A stretch of 64,000 nt of DNA from assembly GCF_011386835.1 (NCBI RefSeq), contig NC_088813.1, forward strand, positions 9,300,001 to 9,364,000, given 5' to 3'. The stretch's first letter is position 1; each line of letters opens with the position of its first letter. This DNA comes from Chrysemys picta bellii. Taxonomy: Eukaryota. The position numbers and the translations under genes are program-made. The notes below the pieces were generated by a model. It was not told where the DNA came from, did no database searches, and was given only the letters and a program-made list of their open reading frames with translations. This document shows, in pieces, positions 1 through 15,027 of the stretch.

Positions 1-465
1 AGTCAGGCTGGTTTAAAGGGTCAGCATTCAAATTACACTAAAAATAACCTAGAAATTTCCTCCCAACTATGAAAAATCTGCCTAAACAAGTATTTTCTAA
101 ACGGAAATAGTAGCTTGGTCTAAGGTTGAACTAACTACATCAAGGCAGAAGCAGTTCACCCCAAACCACCCTCTCCGTGCCTTCAAACTGAGTACTTTAC
201 GTATAAGCACAGAAATTTTGTGCATAGGGGAATATTTTTATTTAATAGCATTTGCTGCTCAGTATTCCCTCAGGACAATATGGGTGAACATATGTCTCTC
301 TTAGGGCTCACCTACAAGGATCAGACAGATGTTTTTATGATCTTCCTGTGCTAAAGAGATGGCCCAGGGGTAGAGTGAGTCAGCATACTAGCTTTTCACG
401 TCTTGGAATTGGACTCTGTCGGTGGTCACAAGTGAAAGGAGTGTTGGTGTTTTAATCTAATCCAC

Positions 466-1530
466 TGTGAACATTTGGCTATATCGTAAGACCACATTGA
501 GACAGATATGGCAATTTCATGCAATATCCTTGAAAAACCTTATTGAATTAAGTTTAAGCAACTTGGGAGTCCATTGTATTAAATGCAGTGATTATGTATT
601 ATCATGGGCTGAGATTGCATGTAACTCTCTTGGGGAAAGAGATGATGTGAACCCTGGGAATGTTATGAACTTCAAAGGACTGTACTGAACAATGGACTTG
701 ACAAGGACTTTTGGGACAGTGTCAAGTGGTTTGCCAGGGGAATCTCTAGCGGGAGATGAATGCAAATTCCCCACCACTGCAATGCAAAAGCCCAGCCTTT
801 TAAAGCTAGGCTCCAGCAGAGAACTACTGTCTGCTGATCACCTTTTCCCAGAGTCTCAAGATCAAAGGCCCAAGGAAAGGATAGACTAAACTATTCACTT
901 GTGTGCTAGTTCTGAGCTAAGGCTGTTATCAACTTGTAACCACGGGGAAAACTCCTACCAGAAACTCTGCTGGAGTTGGGGAGTGATCTATGGTAAGCTT
1001 ATTAGCATGCATGTAGGTTATTTTATTGTTCTTAATGTGTTTTCTCTGTAATGTTTTCACCTTCGAGCAAAATGCAGAGGCTGACCTGGTTAGGCAGTCT
1101 GGCTTGCTGGGGATATCACAGTGAAGGCAGAGAACTGTGCAGCCTGGCAAAACCCACTCAGGAAGGAGAAAGACATGGGTCTCTGCCCAAGAGGGGTGAC
1201 AGCTGTGGAGTTGGGAGCCTACAGTGGGTGCTCTTAAGGAACCATGGAGGGGGAATACAGGTGTAATTGACCGGAACCATGACACATTTGGGAAGCTATG
1301 GGCTGGGTGCAGCGGGCCGGGATTGAGGTGCTCTGGCACACCTGTTTGAGGTGGCTCAGGATTGGACTAGCAACAGGTGCTCAAGTCAAGGTGGGGAACA
1401 CACCATCAGAGTCTTTGGGAGTGGAAGAGCAGTGAACTGAGTGAGGGCCTCTGTCAGAGTTGTGGGTCTCGGTAAGGTTGGATTTGCTGCAAGGCAGTGT
1501 TGAGTTGCACTGACAGAGCTGGGTGGTGAC
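466..1530 (+). mobile_element. Degenerate LTR-like element (boundaries uncertain)
   Basis: Internal blocks resemble the other LTRs here (ggtaagcttattagcatgcatgtagg…ttttattgtt…); no TSD found. Confidence 0.45.
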
Positions 1531-2374
1531 GATACCTAACTTCAGCCTGTGCCACGCTCAGCCTTGCCGCTCCCCACACAGTAGAATTCACCCCCCAAGT
1601 TAACCATCAAAACTCCAGAATGAGACTTTTTAAAATAAATAACTCAAATGTCCCTCGACAATCCCCAATACATGTGTGATAGAACATGATCATCATCAAC
1701 TCAGAGATACTAAACACAAACCTACAAAGCCCACAGAGAGAGTTCAACAGCTAAACGCAACAGAGGAGTTCCCACCTGCATCCACCAGGATGGAAAGCCC
1801 CCAAAAGTGAAGAATAGAGATAAGCTGGACCACGAAGGGGTTGCTACCAATTCACTGAGCCCAAGAACACACAAAGTTTGCCTAGGCTGCATTGGCAATT
1901 TGCCTAGAGCCCAAGGCCAGCACCTACTCTGCATAAAGACGCAGCTGCCCTCAGCTTTAACACAGAGGAGTCACCCATGTAGAAGCAGTCTCTGTGAGCC
2001 ATACCTCTGAGTTAAAGATAGGGGCAGCTGCATCATAGAACTTAACTATTGTTTGGAACATCAACAAGGAATTACAGCCCCAGGATTAAACTACACTAGC
2101 CACTAAGTGTTACTGTTGCCCTACAGCAACAGAGTCATATTTAAAATGGCTGCAACTTATGTCTTGGACAACACAGAGCCCGCTGTTGGAGCTTAGGAGC
2201 AGTAGTTATAATTATGTATAACTTATTAATGGGATTTCCCTAAGACTAGAGTAAGTTTGTGGTGAGGATCACAGCCTAGCAAGGCTTTAAAGTGAGAACA
2301 AGATACGGTACAAGAGTAAACTGAAATGAAGTCATTTGAATTATTTATCATTTGCTACATTTTTTTTTAAATGG

Positions 2375-2530
2375 ATTAGGACATGGAGCCTTTTTGCTTC
2401 CAGGTAACTTGTGAGCAAGCTTTGTTACCGGCTAATGGCTGCTAGATAGTTTATGTGAAATGAATTAAAGAGGCTCACTCCAGTTCCTAGCGAGCAGGTA
2501 TTTTAAAAGTTCTACCACCACAGGTGGCAC
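2375..2530 (+). mobile_element. LF-SINE fragment
   Basis: gagcctttt…ctaggt…atggctg…tatgtgaaatga…ctccagttcctag resembles the LF-SINE consensus as I recall it. Confidence 0.55.
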
Positions 2531-3849
2531 TGTCCTACAACACGGTTGGCAGACACAGCAAAGTTGAGGTGTACTGGTAGAGGGCAGCTTGCAGCGCTAC
2601 TGCCTGTGCTGTACCTGCTCTGGCCAGGGGGAGGTGGCGTTCAATCTCCAGTCAATCAGCATTACGCTCAGTTTAAAGAACTGTGCAACCGCTACACCCT
2701 AAAAGAATTCTTTAACTCAGTTTCATACTTTGGCATTTCTTACATCAATAGCCACAGACAATGGGCTAACAGGTGTCCTTAGGACAGAGGTGATTTGGAG
2801 TTAAATGATGAACAATTGAGATGGATGGTGAGCGCTTTACCAGTGACTTCAACAGACTTAATAAGACTCTCCGGCACTAATGAGCCTACGCTGTGCTCTA
2901 TGTTCCCAATTCAATGCAGTTTGGAAGAAGAGCCATCGATAGGGACAGTTTCCATATGTGAGACAATTCCCAGGGCAGGAGGGCAACCGGGGGTGGGAGA
3001 AAACGATAGGTGATCTCACTTCAGGACGTCAGTGCCTTGAGAAACAGGATAATGATGGGCACCGGGACTCTGTTGGGAAGCAGCCCACTGCACCAACACG
3101 GACGGGGCACTCTGGGTAGGGGGGCAAAGCATCTCGGGAGAGGAAGGAACGCTGAGAATCAGAGAGGAAAGGGAGGAATGAAAATATGCATGTACAAGAG
3201 TGTAAAAAAAAAATATCCATCTCACTCTCTCCTTATACAGCTAGTGAGGTCCGTTCTGCTGTTTCTGCTGCATGCAAGCTCTGATGTCAATGGGAGCTGC
3301 ATGCATATAGCAGTGGCAGAATCAGATCCACCGTGTTCAGAGAAAGCTGTTTATCACTTTCCCTCCCCCAGGACAGGGGGGAGATAAAATTTCTATCTAT
3401 AGTCTCTCATCTAATGATTGTCTCCCTGCATTCTATTCTTTATTCTGACTGCAGCCTAGCTTTTATTCTAATAGATAAGGTTCTAGCCCGGCAGAGCCCA
3501 AACTGCAGACCACAGCCCCATCATGCAGCCTGTGGCCACCCTTCCCCTGTCACTGCAGGGTGAGGATAAAGCTGATCCAGGCTGCAGGTTGTAATTGCTG
3601 GTGAACTCAACCAACAAGCAGTTTCTAGTAGGTACAAACATAGGGCATCTTTTGATTTTCAAGCGTACATTTAGGTGCCAGGTAGGCTTGGCCTGTGGGG
3701 TCCCAGAAAGCTGCTAATGCAGCCCTTGCAGTCCCAATGTTTGAGAGCCCCATTCTATCATATAAGCATCTTGCTAGTTGCACTGAATTCTCTCTTACAC
3801 AAACTTAAACGAGAGCACCCACTGGCATCTTCCCCAACCAACTGGCTCA

Positions 3850-3966
<117 letters not shown>

Positions 3967-4404
3967 TCAGAACCTAAAAGGCCTGTGAATCAGAGACTGT
4001 CTGGAAACAAGAAAGGGGCACAGATAACTATCACCTCCCACTAAAACACACCCACAACAAGCTTAGAGAGAAGAGAGCTCCAAGCATAGCGATGGCCAGA
4101 TACAAGATCATTCCTTAAAGAGAAACTAGAGTTTATTTTATACAATGTGCCAATCAAACCTCTAGGCTCATGATCATTCAATGTTCAAAACCGTGTATTT
4201 TAAAATAAATCTAAGTTGACCCAATATCACCAAGAACTGTAATACACTCCGCAATGCACAGAAAAGGATACCTTCCCCATCAGCTCATTCCAAGCTCACC
4301 CCACTGAGAATACCTCAGCAGCAGCCCCCAGATGTTCAAACTAGGGAACATCACCAAGAGTCTCCTAGGTGATCTCAGCTGCAGTGTTTAATCTGAATCA
4401 GTCA

Positions 4405-4510
4405 ATTTTGAATGCTGGGGAAACATGTCTAGTGGTCGAGTCAGGAGTCCTAGCTCTGCCAACTGACTTGCCGTGTCATCTGGGACAAGTCATTTCCCTT
4501 TCTGTACCCC
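4405..4510 (+). mobile_element. MIR/CORE-SINE fragment
   Basis: tctagtgg…tcaggagtcct…gacttgccgtgtcatctgggacaagtcattt…cagtttc core. Confidence 0.55.
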
Positions 4511-4904
4511 AGTTTCAGTCACCCGGAAGAGCAAGGCTACTGAATGAGTTAATGCACTTCTCAAATAATTAAAGCTAAACTGCATTTGTCAAATTAATGA
4601 CAGAAAACAGCATAATATCAGTAAACATTCTGTAAAACAGATCTCACTATAGAGTTGTCACACGATTAGGAGTTTAGGTCAGAACTACTGGGTTTGCATA
4701 TTCATTAAGTCAGAATTATCCAGGCTTTACGAAAAAAGATGTACAACGATGTTAAAAGTCACCACAGCTACGCAGTAGTAAGGTCCAAGACACTTCTCCC
4801 ACTTTTGTTGGAAGTGGGGCTGATGAGTTTGAAGCAGTCAGCCTTCCAGCGGGAGGAAAGTGCTAGAACGGAGCATCTATGCGGTATTTACATGCAAGTT
4901 AAAA

Positions 4905-5110
4905 TAAATTAAATTAAAATAAATTAATGGAGATATCCTATCTCCTAGAACTGCAAGGGACCTCTGAAAGGTCATCGAGTCCAGCCCCCTGCCTTCACTA
5001 GCAGGACCAAGTACTGATTTTGCCTCAGATCCCTAAGTGGCCCCCTCAAGGATTGAACTTATAACCCTGGGTTTAGCAGGCCAATGCTCAAACCACTGAG
5101 CTATCCCTCC
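4905..5110 (-). mobile_element. Tortoise-type Pol III SINE (tRNA-derived head + CR1 3' tail)
   Basis: Minus strand: A box TAGCTCAGTGG, B box GTTCAATCC, then CR1-like ctggactcgatgacct…ggtcccttgcagttctag tail. Confidence 0.85.
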
Positions 5111-5121
5111 CACCCCAGTTA

Positions 5122-5367
<246 letters not shown>

Positions 5368-5701
5368 TCAGATCGACCACCCTCAGGATTTACAGACACA
5401 AGATATGCCGTCTCAAACAACACACAGGCAGTGACTCGAGGGGTCCCTGATGTGCTGAGAAAGGGTGTTGACTGCATTCAGCACTGCCAGTGCAACCAGC
5501 ACAGGCACAGTGATAAAAACGTGGCACAGCTACCATCTGTTCTGAGCTGACACTTCCTGGCTTGTTTATATCGCATGTTCCCCATGACATTGTAGAGTAA
5601 GAAATCACATCCTGTGCAATTTGGGTTTTTATAAACACAAAGCTCAACACCTGGACCTCCAAGGCACATGCTTTGGGAACCTGAACACTAATACTCTATG
5701 C

Positions 5702-5832
5702 CAGTGGTTTTCAACTTTTTTTCATTTGTGGACCCCTAAAAAATTTTGAATGGAGGTGTGGATCCCTTTGGAAATCTTAGATATAGTCTGTGGACCCCCA
5801 GGGGTCTGCAGACCACAGGTTGAGAACCACTG
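5702..5832. mobile_element. hAT (Charlie-like) MITE
   Basis: TIRs cagtggttttcaac / gttgagaaccactg; a partial second copy follows at ~5850-5926. Confidence 0.75.
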
Positions 5833-6334
5833 TCCTATGGTAACAACAACCTTTTCTGGATCCCTTAAGGATTAGACACAGTCTGCCGACACAACAGGTC
5901 CACAGACCACAAGTTGAAAACTATTGCTCTAAAGGGGCTTTATCCAGATGGTGGGAACTATTTATATAGCATCCAAAACTGCAGGCCTGGGGCTCATATT
6001 AAATCCACAAAGACTTATGATGCATATGCTTAACTTTGGGACAATTCACAGTATGTAAAGTTCCCTTTATCTCTACCACCCGTTTTGGAGTGGGGTCCCT
6101 TTTCACTTGTGTGAGCATCTACACTCAATCCAGTTCAGAATAAGACCTGATCAAGGAACCACAGTGCTGAAAATATAAAGTAATCCAATGAACTTAGTGT
6201 TTTAACATCTCTCATTGCAAATGTAAATTCTTGAGCTGGCCAGAAAATACTTTATAGCTGACATGTTACTGTTGCTGAGATCCTGTGACTCTGTGCAGAA
6301 GATGAACAGGCTATTACTGTGGTTAGCTTTTTCA

Positions 6335-6550
<216 letters not shown>

Positions 6551-7073
6551 TTAGCAATGCTTTGTAAATACATGGCACATGTGCATTTTTCTATCACTCA
6601 AACACTCTCATCTTCATAGTGTCCCAAGAATTGTACATGCATCTAGATAAGCTAGTGATCAGGCATCCAAACTAATTGCAGTATATGTGATTGGCCAGGA
6701 TACCTGAACTTATACCGACTTCTGCATAAGGTGTCATGGGATCTTTAATGACAAGTGGTCAGGACCTAAGCTTCAAACCTCATCCTAAAGAGAAGAAACG
6801 TTTCTTCCAGTTTCCTGGTCAAATTTCAATTTAGGTGATCACATTCTGACTTCTCGAAATCCCCCATTTAGTTTCAAATGGATATGGGATAGGTCACTTG
6901 CTGTCCTGCCATTCACCATAAAAAAGTGTCTTATGTTTCACCCAAAAGGACACTGCATTTCAGTAGTGGGTGAGGTAACCCCTATGCAGATAGGCTGTAA
7001 CACATTTTCGGATGAAAGACAATGGAAACAGCCTTATAATTACGAGGTGGACGGGAGAGTCCCCGGCACTTAC

Positions 7074-7128
7074 CGTTCCATAGAGCTTCACATTCTGAGC
7101 ACATTTCTTGCATATTGTGTTGGTTTTA
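7074..7128 (-). CDS. FAM76A: FAM76A exon 3 (SKTNTICKKCAQNVKLYGT)
   Basis: tttaatag acceptor, ACG|GTAAGT donor; 55 nt. Confidence 0.95.
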
Positions 7129-8164
7129 CTATTAAAACAAAAGATTAAGAAAAAGCAAGAATGAAGTATAACTGTACCAGCAATATCTGGGTACGGATTA
7201 AGCCCTTTGCGCTTGAGAGCTAAGTTTCCCCTAACCATACAGCTCTCCTGACAGGATATTTGTATTCATGTTCACTAGTGGCTTTTATATAAAATGTATT
7301 TGCTATCCCTGCCTGGTGATGATAATCTACCAGAGTGAGGTATTCTTGAAAGACAGCATTTTCATAAGGCAGCCCCTTTAATTTAATTAAGGCTTCAACC
7401 TTTAATTTCAGCACGTATTTGCTCACTTGGGATTGTGGTCACCAACAAAACGAGTTAGTTGGTCACCAACTAACCTGCTGTGGACATTTACCCAGCATTA
7501 AACCACATGACCTAGCACTAGTGATAATCTCTGTACCGGAGAGGGCAAGCACTAGAATAGCAGGATTGATGCAGATCAGGACCCCTATATGCAGGATAGA
7601 AAACGGAACCACCTTGCACAGTGCCTGTATGAAATATGCTCAACAGGATCGTTGGTCCCTCTTCTTCATATATTCACAAAAATGAAATTAAAACCAAGCA
7701 GAAAACCATGTTTACTGCTGCAAATGCAGAAGGACAAGACAGGTATTTATGCTACAGCACAGAGAATAAGAATAATTTTTGCATGCCAAAACACAGAAGG
7801 GGAACAGCTTCCAGGAGCACCCAGGCACGTCACTGAAAGGTACAGCCAAGCACCACCCAGGAAGAAATACCACACACCATGCTGCAAAATCAAGAGCACA
7901 GAATGTGTCTGCCTGACAGCGATTGGGACTATGATTAGAGCCTCATCAAAGGGCACAATACTGGCCCCTACAAGCACTCGGATGACGTAGGACAGAATGT
8001 TGGATCATTGAAGGCAGAACACCAGGGGCATAATGAGGATTCCAAGGAATGGGCTGCTGTAACCAATTGGCCTATGGGTTATGGACACAAAGAATCATCA
8101 GTGGAAGGCGAGGAGGACAGGAATTTAGTTTCAGAAACATTTTACAACAGAAAATGGGAGCGGA

Positions 8165-8345
8165 GAGAAAGGATGGCTCAGGGCTTTAGGTAACAGGATA
8201 TGAAGCCTTTCACCTTTAGGTTGCCAGTTCATAAACAGCATAGGCCACTAGTTACCCAAAGCTATTACCAACTGATGGTTGCTCATTGGCTTATGTGAAA
8301 TTAGTTTGGTGGCTCTCAGTCTTGTTCCCACATTACATGCCCTGT
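8165..8345 (+). mobile_element. LF-SINE fragment in FAM76A intron 2
   Basis: atggctcaggg…gcctttcacctttagg…gatggttg…tatgtgaaattagtttggtggctctcagtc. Confidence 0.65.
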
Positions 8346-8684
8346 CCCAATTGGCACTAACATACCAAGTTCCCTTTCTCAGCAGAACTCTCAAGGTCAC
8401 CAAACTGTCTCCTTAGTTTTTCCGGGCTGATACCTAAAGATCAGGGTGAAGTTACTTTAGTGGGCCAGTGTGTGTGAAGCTTGTACCGGTACTGCTTCTG
8501 CTGTACCTGTTCTATGGAAAATTTCAGTTTCCCGAGCTGTCAATAAATGCTAAATTCACACATAGAAAAGGGGACCTTGTTGAGAGAATCCAGATGCTGA
8601 AGTGGGACTATTTTCGATATGTATTAAAGAAGCAGATGCCAACTATTTTTTATTGTCCAGTGTTTAAGCTTTGCAGAGATTTAC

Positions 8685-8749
8685 CTTTCCTGTTGGAATT
8701 CGGTCCTACAGTAAGTGCATTTGACAATGGGATGCGCAATTCGACACTC
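8685..8749 (-). CDS. FAM76A: FAM76A exon 2 (ECRIAHPIVKCTYCRTEFQQE)
   Basis: ttttgctgcag acceptor, AAG|GTAAAT donor; 65 nt. Confidence 0.95.
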
Positions 8750-8904
8750 CTGCAGCAAAAAGTAGAGTTAGTGCTTCTACCACACACGCTCCCCAAAGAC
8801 TCAACAATCCCCCCCCACACACACACACACAACAACAGAACAGCTTGGACAAGGCAGAGGTATTCTTCACAGCAATGGTCATGGACCAGTCATCCTGCAA
8901 TCAC

Positions 8905-9935
<1,031 letters not shown>

Positions 9936-10004
9936 AGATCAGTTAGAATGAAGGAAGGAAGGCTGCTCAGCTGGGTCTGCAGGCTTCCGGGGGGGGGCGA
10001 AGGA

Positions 10005-10690
10005 TCGGGGAGGGAACAGATGGAGGGGGTAGATGTGGGGGAGGGTAGATGGGGAAGGGGCCAGATGTGGGGGGAGAGGGGGAAGGGGCCAGATGTGGGG
10101 AGAGGGTGGATGGGGAGGAAGAGGGGAGCAGATGGGAGTGGGAGGGCAGGTAGGGGGAAATAGATGGAGGGGGTAGATGTGGGGGGAGGGTAGATGGGGA
10201 AGGGGCCAGATGTGGGGGGAGGAAGAGGGGGAGGGTAGATGGGAGTGGGAGGGCAGGTAGGGGGAAACAGATGGAGGGGGTAGATGTGGGGGAGGGTAGA
10301 TGGGGAAGGGGCCAGATGTGGGGAGAGGGTGGATGGGGAGGAAGAGGGGAGCAGATGGGAGTGGGAGGGCAGGTGGGGGGGAAACAGATGGAGGGGGTAG
10401 ATGTGGGGGAGGGTAGATGGGGAAGGGGCCAGATGTGGGGGGGAGAGGGAAGGGGCCAGATGTGGGGAGAGGGTGGATGGGGAGGAAGAGGGGAGCAGAT
10501 GGGAGTGGGAGGGCAGGTGTGGGGAAACAGATGGAGGGGGTAGATGTGGGGGAGGGTAGATGGGTGGAGATGGGCATATGGGGGAGGAGGAGAAGAGGGG
10601 GAGGGCAGATGGGGGAGGAAGAAAGGAGCAGATGGGGAAGGAGGAGGTGGGGGTAGATGGGGGAGGTGGATTTGGGGAGTAAATGGGGGG
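10005..10690. repeat. G-rich purine minisatellite (~120 bp higher-order unit)
   Basis: Repeats of ggaggggtagatgtggggagggtagatggggaaggggccagatgtgggg...gggagcagatgggagtgggagggcagg. Confidence 0.9.
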
Positions 10691-11875
10691 AGGAGACACA
10701 CAAGGTGGGTTTTGAAGTGCTACCGTAATGCAGGCAGTACCACTGGAGCCGGGGGAGCAGACGTGATGGGGAGAGCTGTGTGAGAGGCAGTGTGAACGGA
10801 GACCTGGGGGCAGAGGAGAGGAAGTTGATGGGTGTAGATACATCAAAGGCGGGAGGAAAGTGGGTCTGAGAAAAAGAGAAGGGAGAAAGAGAGGCAGGAT
10901 TCTGGGAGCGAAAACTCCTGAGTCTTTGGCTTTCTTTGTGATGGAAATTCCAGCCGTTGATGGCTGGCTGCCAAAGTAGCTGCACATCTGCCAGCCTGAA
11001 ACATAGACAAAGCAAACTGCATTTGCCACTGGTGTGAAGTCTGGGTAAGAAGGCCCAGCGTTGCAAATTGCAGCTTTCTTCGTCTGCACTAAAAGTTTGC
11101 ACAGGGTGTAGCTTCATCAGTTGCTGGGGAATCAGGACATATTTCTAATATAGTGAGGCCTTAGAAATTCTAACTGCTGGAGCAATACAAGGACAAATCA
11201 TTACAATGCATAAATGCTTTTAATTTAATAATAAAATTTAACCAGCAAGAAGCTGCAATCTTGATGTATATAGATCAGGTATTGTGAATTTAAATTTGGA
11301 TCCAAATATATTTTTTTCAAAAGAAAGCTTTTATAAAACTGAAAGAACAATAGACAAGTTTCTCATTTTAAGACTTCAAAGAAAGCATTTTTTAAACTAA
11401 TAGACATTCCCTTTAGTGTTTGAAAACTAAAATTTTGCACCACTTAATAATCTGAAAGTGAAACTGGTTTAATTGATTATCATTGCCCTTCCTGACAGAA
11501 ATGTAAATACCAAAGTGCCATGTTGGTTAGGTTTTAAAAATTCTTTCTGAGGATCTAAAGTATTATGAGTAACATCTGTAAAGAAAATGACTTATGATCA
11601 TGTTGACAAAGAACGCACAATACTTTTGTCTGATTCTTGGGTGCCATATTTCAAGTTTGCACATAATTGCATAATTTCCTACTGCTCTCCACTCCAGTGA
11701 GGGATACCTGAAACTTTTGGAGAGTTGAGGTTTCACTACACTTTATAAAATACTAGTAAATGTTCTTTAGCATATTTTATGGAAGAAGTGAAAATGAAAT
11801 TTGAGGGCCTCACTGCAATACTCTGGTCTTGAATCTTTCCTATGAAGGGGTGGGGAGAAACTGTTGTGATGTAAG

Positions 11876-12100
11876 GTTTCAGAGTAGCAGCCGTGTTAGT
11901 CTGTATCCGCAAAAAGAAGAACAGGAGGACTTGTGGCACCTTAGAGACTAACAAATTTATTAGAGCATAAGCTTTCGTGGACTATAGCCCACTTCTTCGG
12001 ATGCATATATGCATCCGAAGAAGTGGGCTATAGTCCACGAAAGCTTATGCTCTAATAAATTTGTTAGTCTCTAAGGTGCCACAAGTCCTCCTGTTCTTCT
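11876..12100. mobile_element. Penelope-derived inverted-repeat insertion with hammerhead motifs on both strands
   Basis: Long palindrome centred on gatgcatatatgcatc. TSD tgttgtgatgta(a/g)g at 11862-11875 and 12101-12114. CCGAAGA…GAAAGCTT cores on both arms. Confidence 0.85.
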
Positions 12101-12112
12101 TGTTGTGATGTA

Positions 12113-12260
12113 GGCTGTGTCTACACTGCCACTTTCAGCGCTAAAACTTGTTCAGGTAAAGCTACCACCGCTCGTTTGGGGTGGGGTTTTTTTATTGCTG
12201 TGAGAGCTCTCCCCAGCGATAAAGCGTGTCTACGCTGCCCACATCACAGTGCGGCTGTGG
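12113..12260. mobile_element. PIF/Harbinger-type MITE fragment
   Basis: Begins ggctgtgtctacact, a terminus typical of this turtle MITE group. Confidence 0.5.
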
Positions 12261-12434
12261 CTGTGCATGTGGGTAGTATTGACATACTCTCTGTGGGAAA
12301 TGGGTGTGCAGATTAGGGAGGCCCTGCTGTATTTAACTATCTCAATGGCTAGTTTAACTACCAGATAAGTATGCAGTGTGGAGGAGTAATAATGAAGGAT
12401 GTGAAACTTGTTGCTTTGCAGAGAATGATAACAT

Positions 12435-12620
12435 ATGGAGATATACCTATTTCATAGAACTGCAAGGGACCTTGAAAGGTCATCAAGTCCAGCCCCCTGC
12501 CTTCACTAGCAGGACCAAGTACTGATTTTTGCCCCAGATCCCCAAGTGGCCCCCTCAAGGATTGAGCTCACAATCCTGGGTTTAGCAGGCTAATGCTCAA
12601 ACCACTGAGCTATATCTTCC
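12435..12620 (-). mobile_element. Tortoise-type Pol III SINE (second copy)
   Basis: Near-identical to 4905-5110. Confidence 0.85.
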
Positions 12621-14459
12621 CCCCAAACAGTGACTCCATGTAGGGAGCAGGGGTTCATGTAGATGTAGGGGACCATGACTGTCCAGCTTGCGGGAACATG
12701 GCACTACCTGCAAAAATGTAAAGACTAAAACTGGCTTGATGCAAGGAATAAAGGACTTGACTAGAAAAGCTGATGGCAGTACAGAATGAGGTCTGCCAAA
12801 CCTCATGACCTGGCTAAGGAAAGGGGTGTCCTTTTCTTTGCCGAGCTCTTTGAGCATCAGCCTGTGTCACATCTGCTATAATCACTAAGGAAAAATGTTT
12901 GATCAGCTGAATGGCAGTGTTCACAAAGGTGCTATGCTGCTGCAGGAAATTCAGTAAGAAGCATTCAAAGGTGCCTGTGCTTCACGGGTCTCCCAGTACA
13001 ACTCCACAAGGAGAATATTCAGGCTTGTTTATTATCTTGCAAAACCTGGTAGGCTTGTTTCAGATCTCCCCGGGGCGGCCAGCTTTGCAGCAACGGATGG
13101 CTTGGACGCTGGATGAAAGAACTGTTTGGTCCTTATGGGAGCCAAAATTGCTGAGTGGATGGCTCAAATGACGTATGAAAAATGTTGTTATGGTGGAGAT
13201 CCCCCCGGCTCATCTGGAACTGGATTGGAACCAATATCAACCTAAAAGTGAAAGGCTCTGTAATTCATTTACCTCAACCGCCCACAAGCCAGCCAGCCTT
13301 CCTAAACTGGGGCCAGATTGGAACTGGTGTTGTAATAACCCTGTATCCCATTCCATAGAGTCTGTTTTTGGACGTTTATGACCAACAGCTTGGAGAGTAA
13401 ATAGTTTGGAGGATCGGGGAGTACAAGTTGCCAAAGAAAACTTGAGTCAGCTTCCATTCCCTTTCACATTGTAGGGTTTTTCAATAGCCCGTCAGTTGCT
13501 TCTGTACGTTTTATGAACAGCTATTTCCAGTTTCTGACTCTCCTTGTGTCCAGTGCTCTGTGAATAATTAACTTGCTTTTTGCAAGTCATAAAAAATGTG
13601 TCCCAGAGATCCTCATCCAGTGCTGAAATGCAGCCATCTCTGGGCTGAAGCATGGTAGCTGTTAACAACCACACAGCAAAGCTGCACAAAGATCACTCAT
13701 CCAGCAAAAGTGCACCTGTCTCTGGGGTGGGGCATGGCATGGTGTGCAACAGTTTAGTGCAAGGAGAAAACCCAATCCAGTTGAAATCTAGGGAGTCAGA
13801 ATGGAGTTAGCTGGTTTGGGCTAGACACGTTAGCAAACTCCATCATCCTAATACTCTGACCTCCAGATTGGAATGTATCTGGTTCAAAAGATGCCATGGC
13901 ATTTCCCTGAAGAGTATGAGCATTAAAACCCTAGATCAAGGGAAGCAACAGGTTAACCCTAAAATGCCCAAACTCCAATGGTATTGAGCCAAAGGTGTGG
14001 CATGACAACCATAATTGTAGATGGACACTTGCAATGGATTTGTTGTTAATGCTAATGGTGATTTTGTAACTAATGTGTTGCTATTACCAAGAACTGTAAG
14101 AATGTACAATGTTCCTAATCTGTTGGAAAATCCCTTGAACATGTTAAAAGGAATACATGAAAACACACTTTATGTTAAAAGGCCTTGTTATACTGATGTT
14201 TCACAGTTGATGCCTAGAAACAGTATTGGAACTTTTCACAGGAGAAAAGACATTCCAGACCTAATGTGCTGTATGAGAAGGGAAACTAAGGCACACTACC
14301 ATATTGCTTTCACGGCTAAATGCCAAGATTCCTGTACTATAAACATAAAAAGACTTTCAAAATCGACCAATGAGATGCCCAACTTGAGGAACTTTAAAGG
14401 GGCCTGGTTTTCAGAAAGTGCTGAGCCACCTGGTTATGATGTGATTCTTTGATCTACGT

Positions 14460-14497
14460 CAGGGGTCGGCACGCGTGCCATAGGTTGCCTACCCCCG
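14460..14497. mobile_element. 38-bp minimal hAT MITE
   Basis: caggggtcggca…tgcctacccccg termini; degenerate 8-bp TSD atctacgt/atctacac. Confidence 0.6.
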
Positions 14498-15027
14498 ATC
14501 TACACATTCCAATCTGGGGGCTAGTCTGGATTTATTTCTGGATGTTTTCTAGAAAGCTGATCTTGCTGTTAAGGCATTGAGTTAGGATTTAGGGACTTGA
14601 GCAACCCACTTTCCCACCTCATCATGATCATATGGCAACCCCCATGATGGGATGGTTGAGATAATCAAGAGAACACTCCACGGTGAGTAAAGTGGACATA
14701 GTTTCTGCTGTTATTGGCTGAAGGCCTTCAACTGTATTGTGACATGTCTGTTGTGAGGTCATCAAGGTGTATGCAGGGGCTGCAGACTGCATTGATCAAG
14801 AGAGGCGGCAGGAGGAACAGCTGCCACTTCCAGCCCAGCTGAGTGAGGGGGACCCAGGGAATGGGGTACCACCAGCCCTGCTGAGAACTTGATGCACCGA
14901 TGACGTTACTCACCCTGTTGAGGGAAACCTGCATCAAAGAAGGGCTTACCACCAGCTCTGCTGAGGGGAATTTTATGAGAGGTTACCAGCCTATGAAGAG
15001 AATCCCTCTTGGGCAGAGTGTAACATC

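Noticed and set aside
5035-5110. tRNA gene (also ~12545-12620)
   Set aside because: It is the tRNA-derived head of a SINE fused to a CR1-like tail, not a complete cloverleaf gene.
7589-8193. Hydrophobic minus-strand frame suggesting a membrane-protein pseudogene in FAM76A intron 2
   Set aside because: No family motif recognised, multiple stops, and explainable by T-rich composition.
14021-14452. 143-aa ORF upstream of HSP70
   Set aside because: No recognisable motif, codon bias or splice context.
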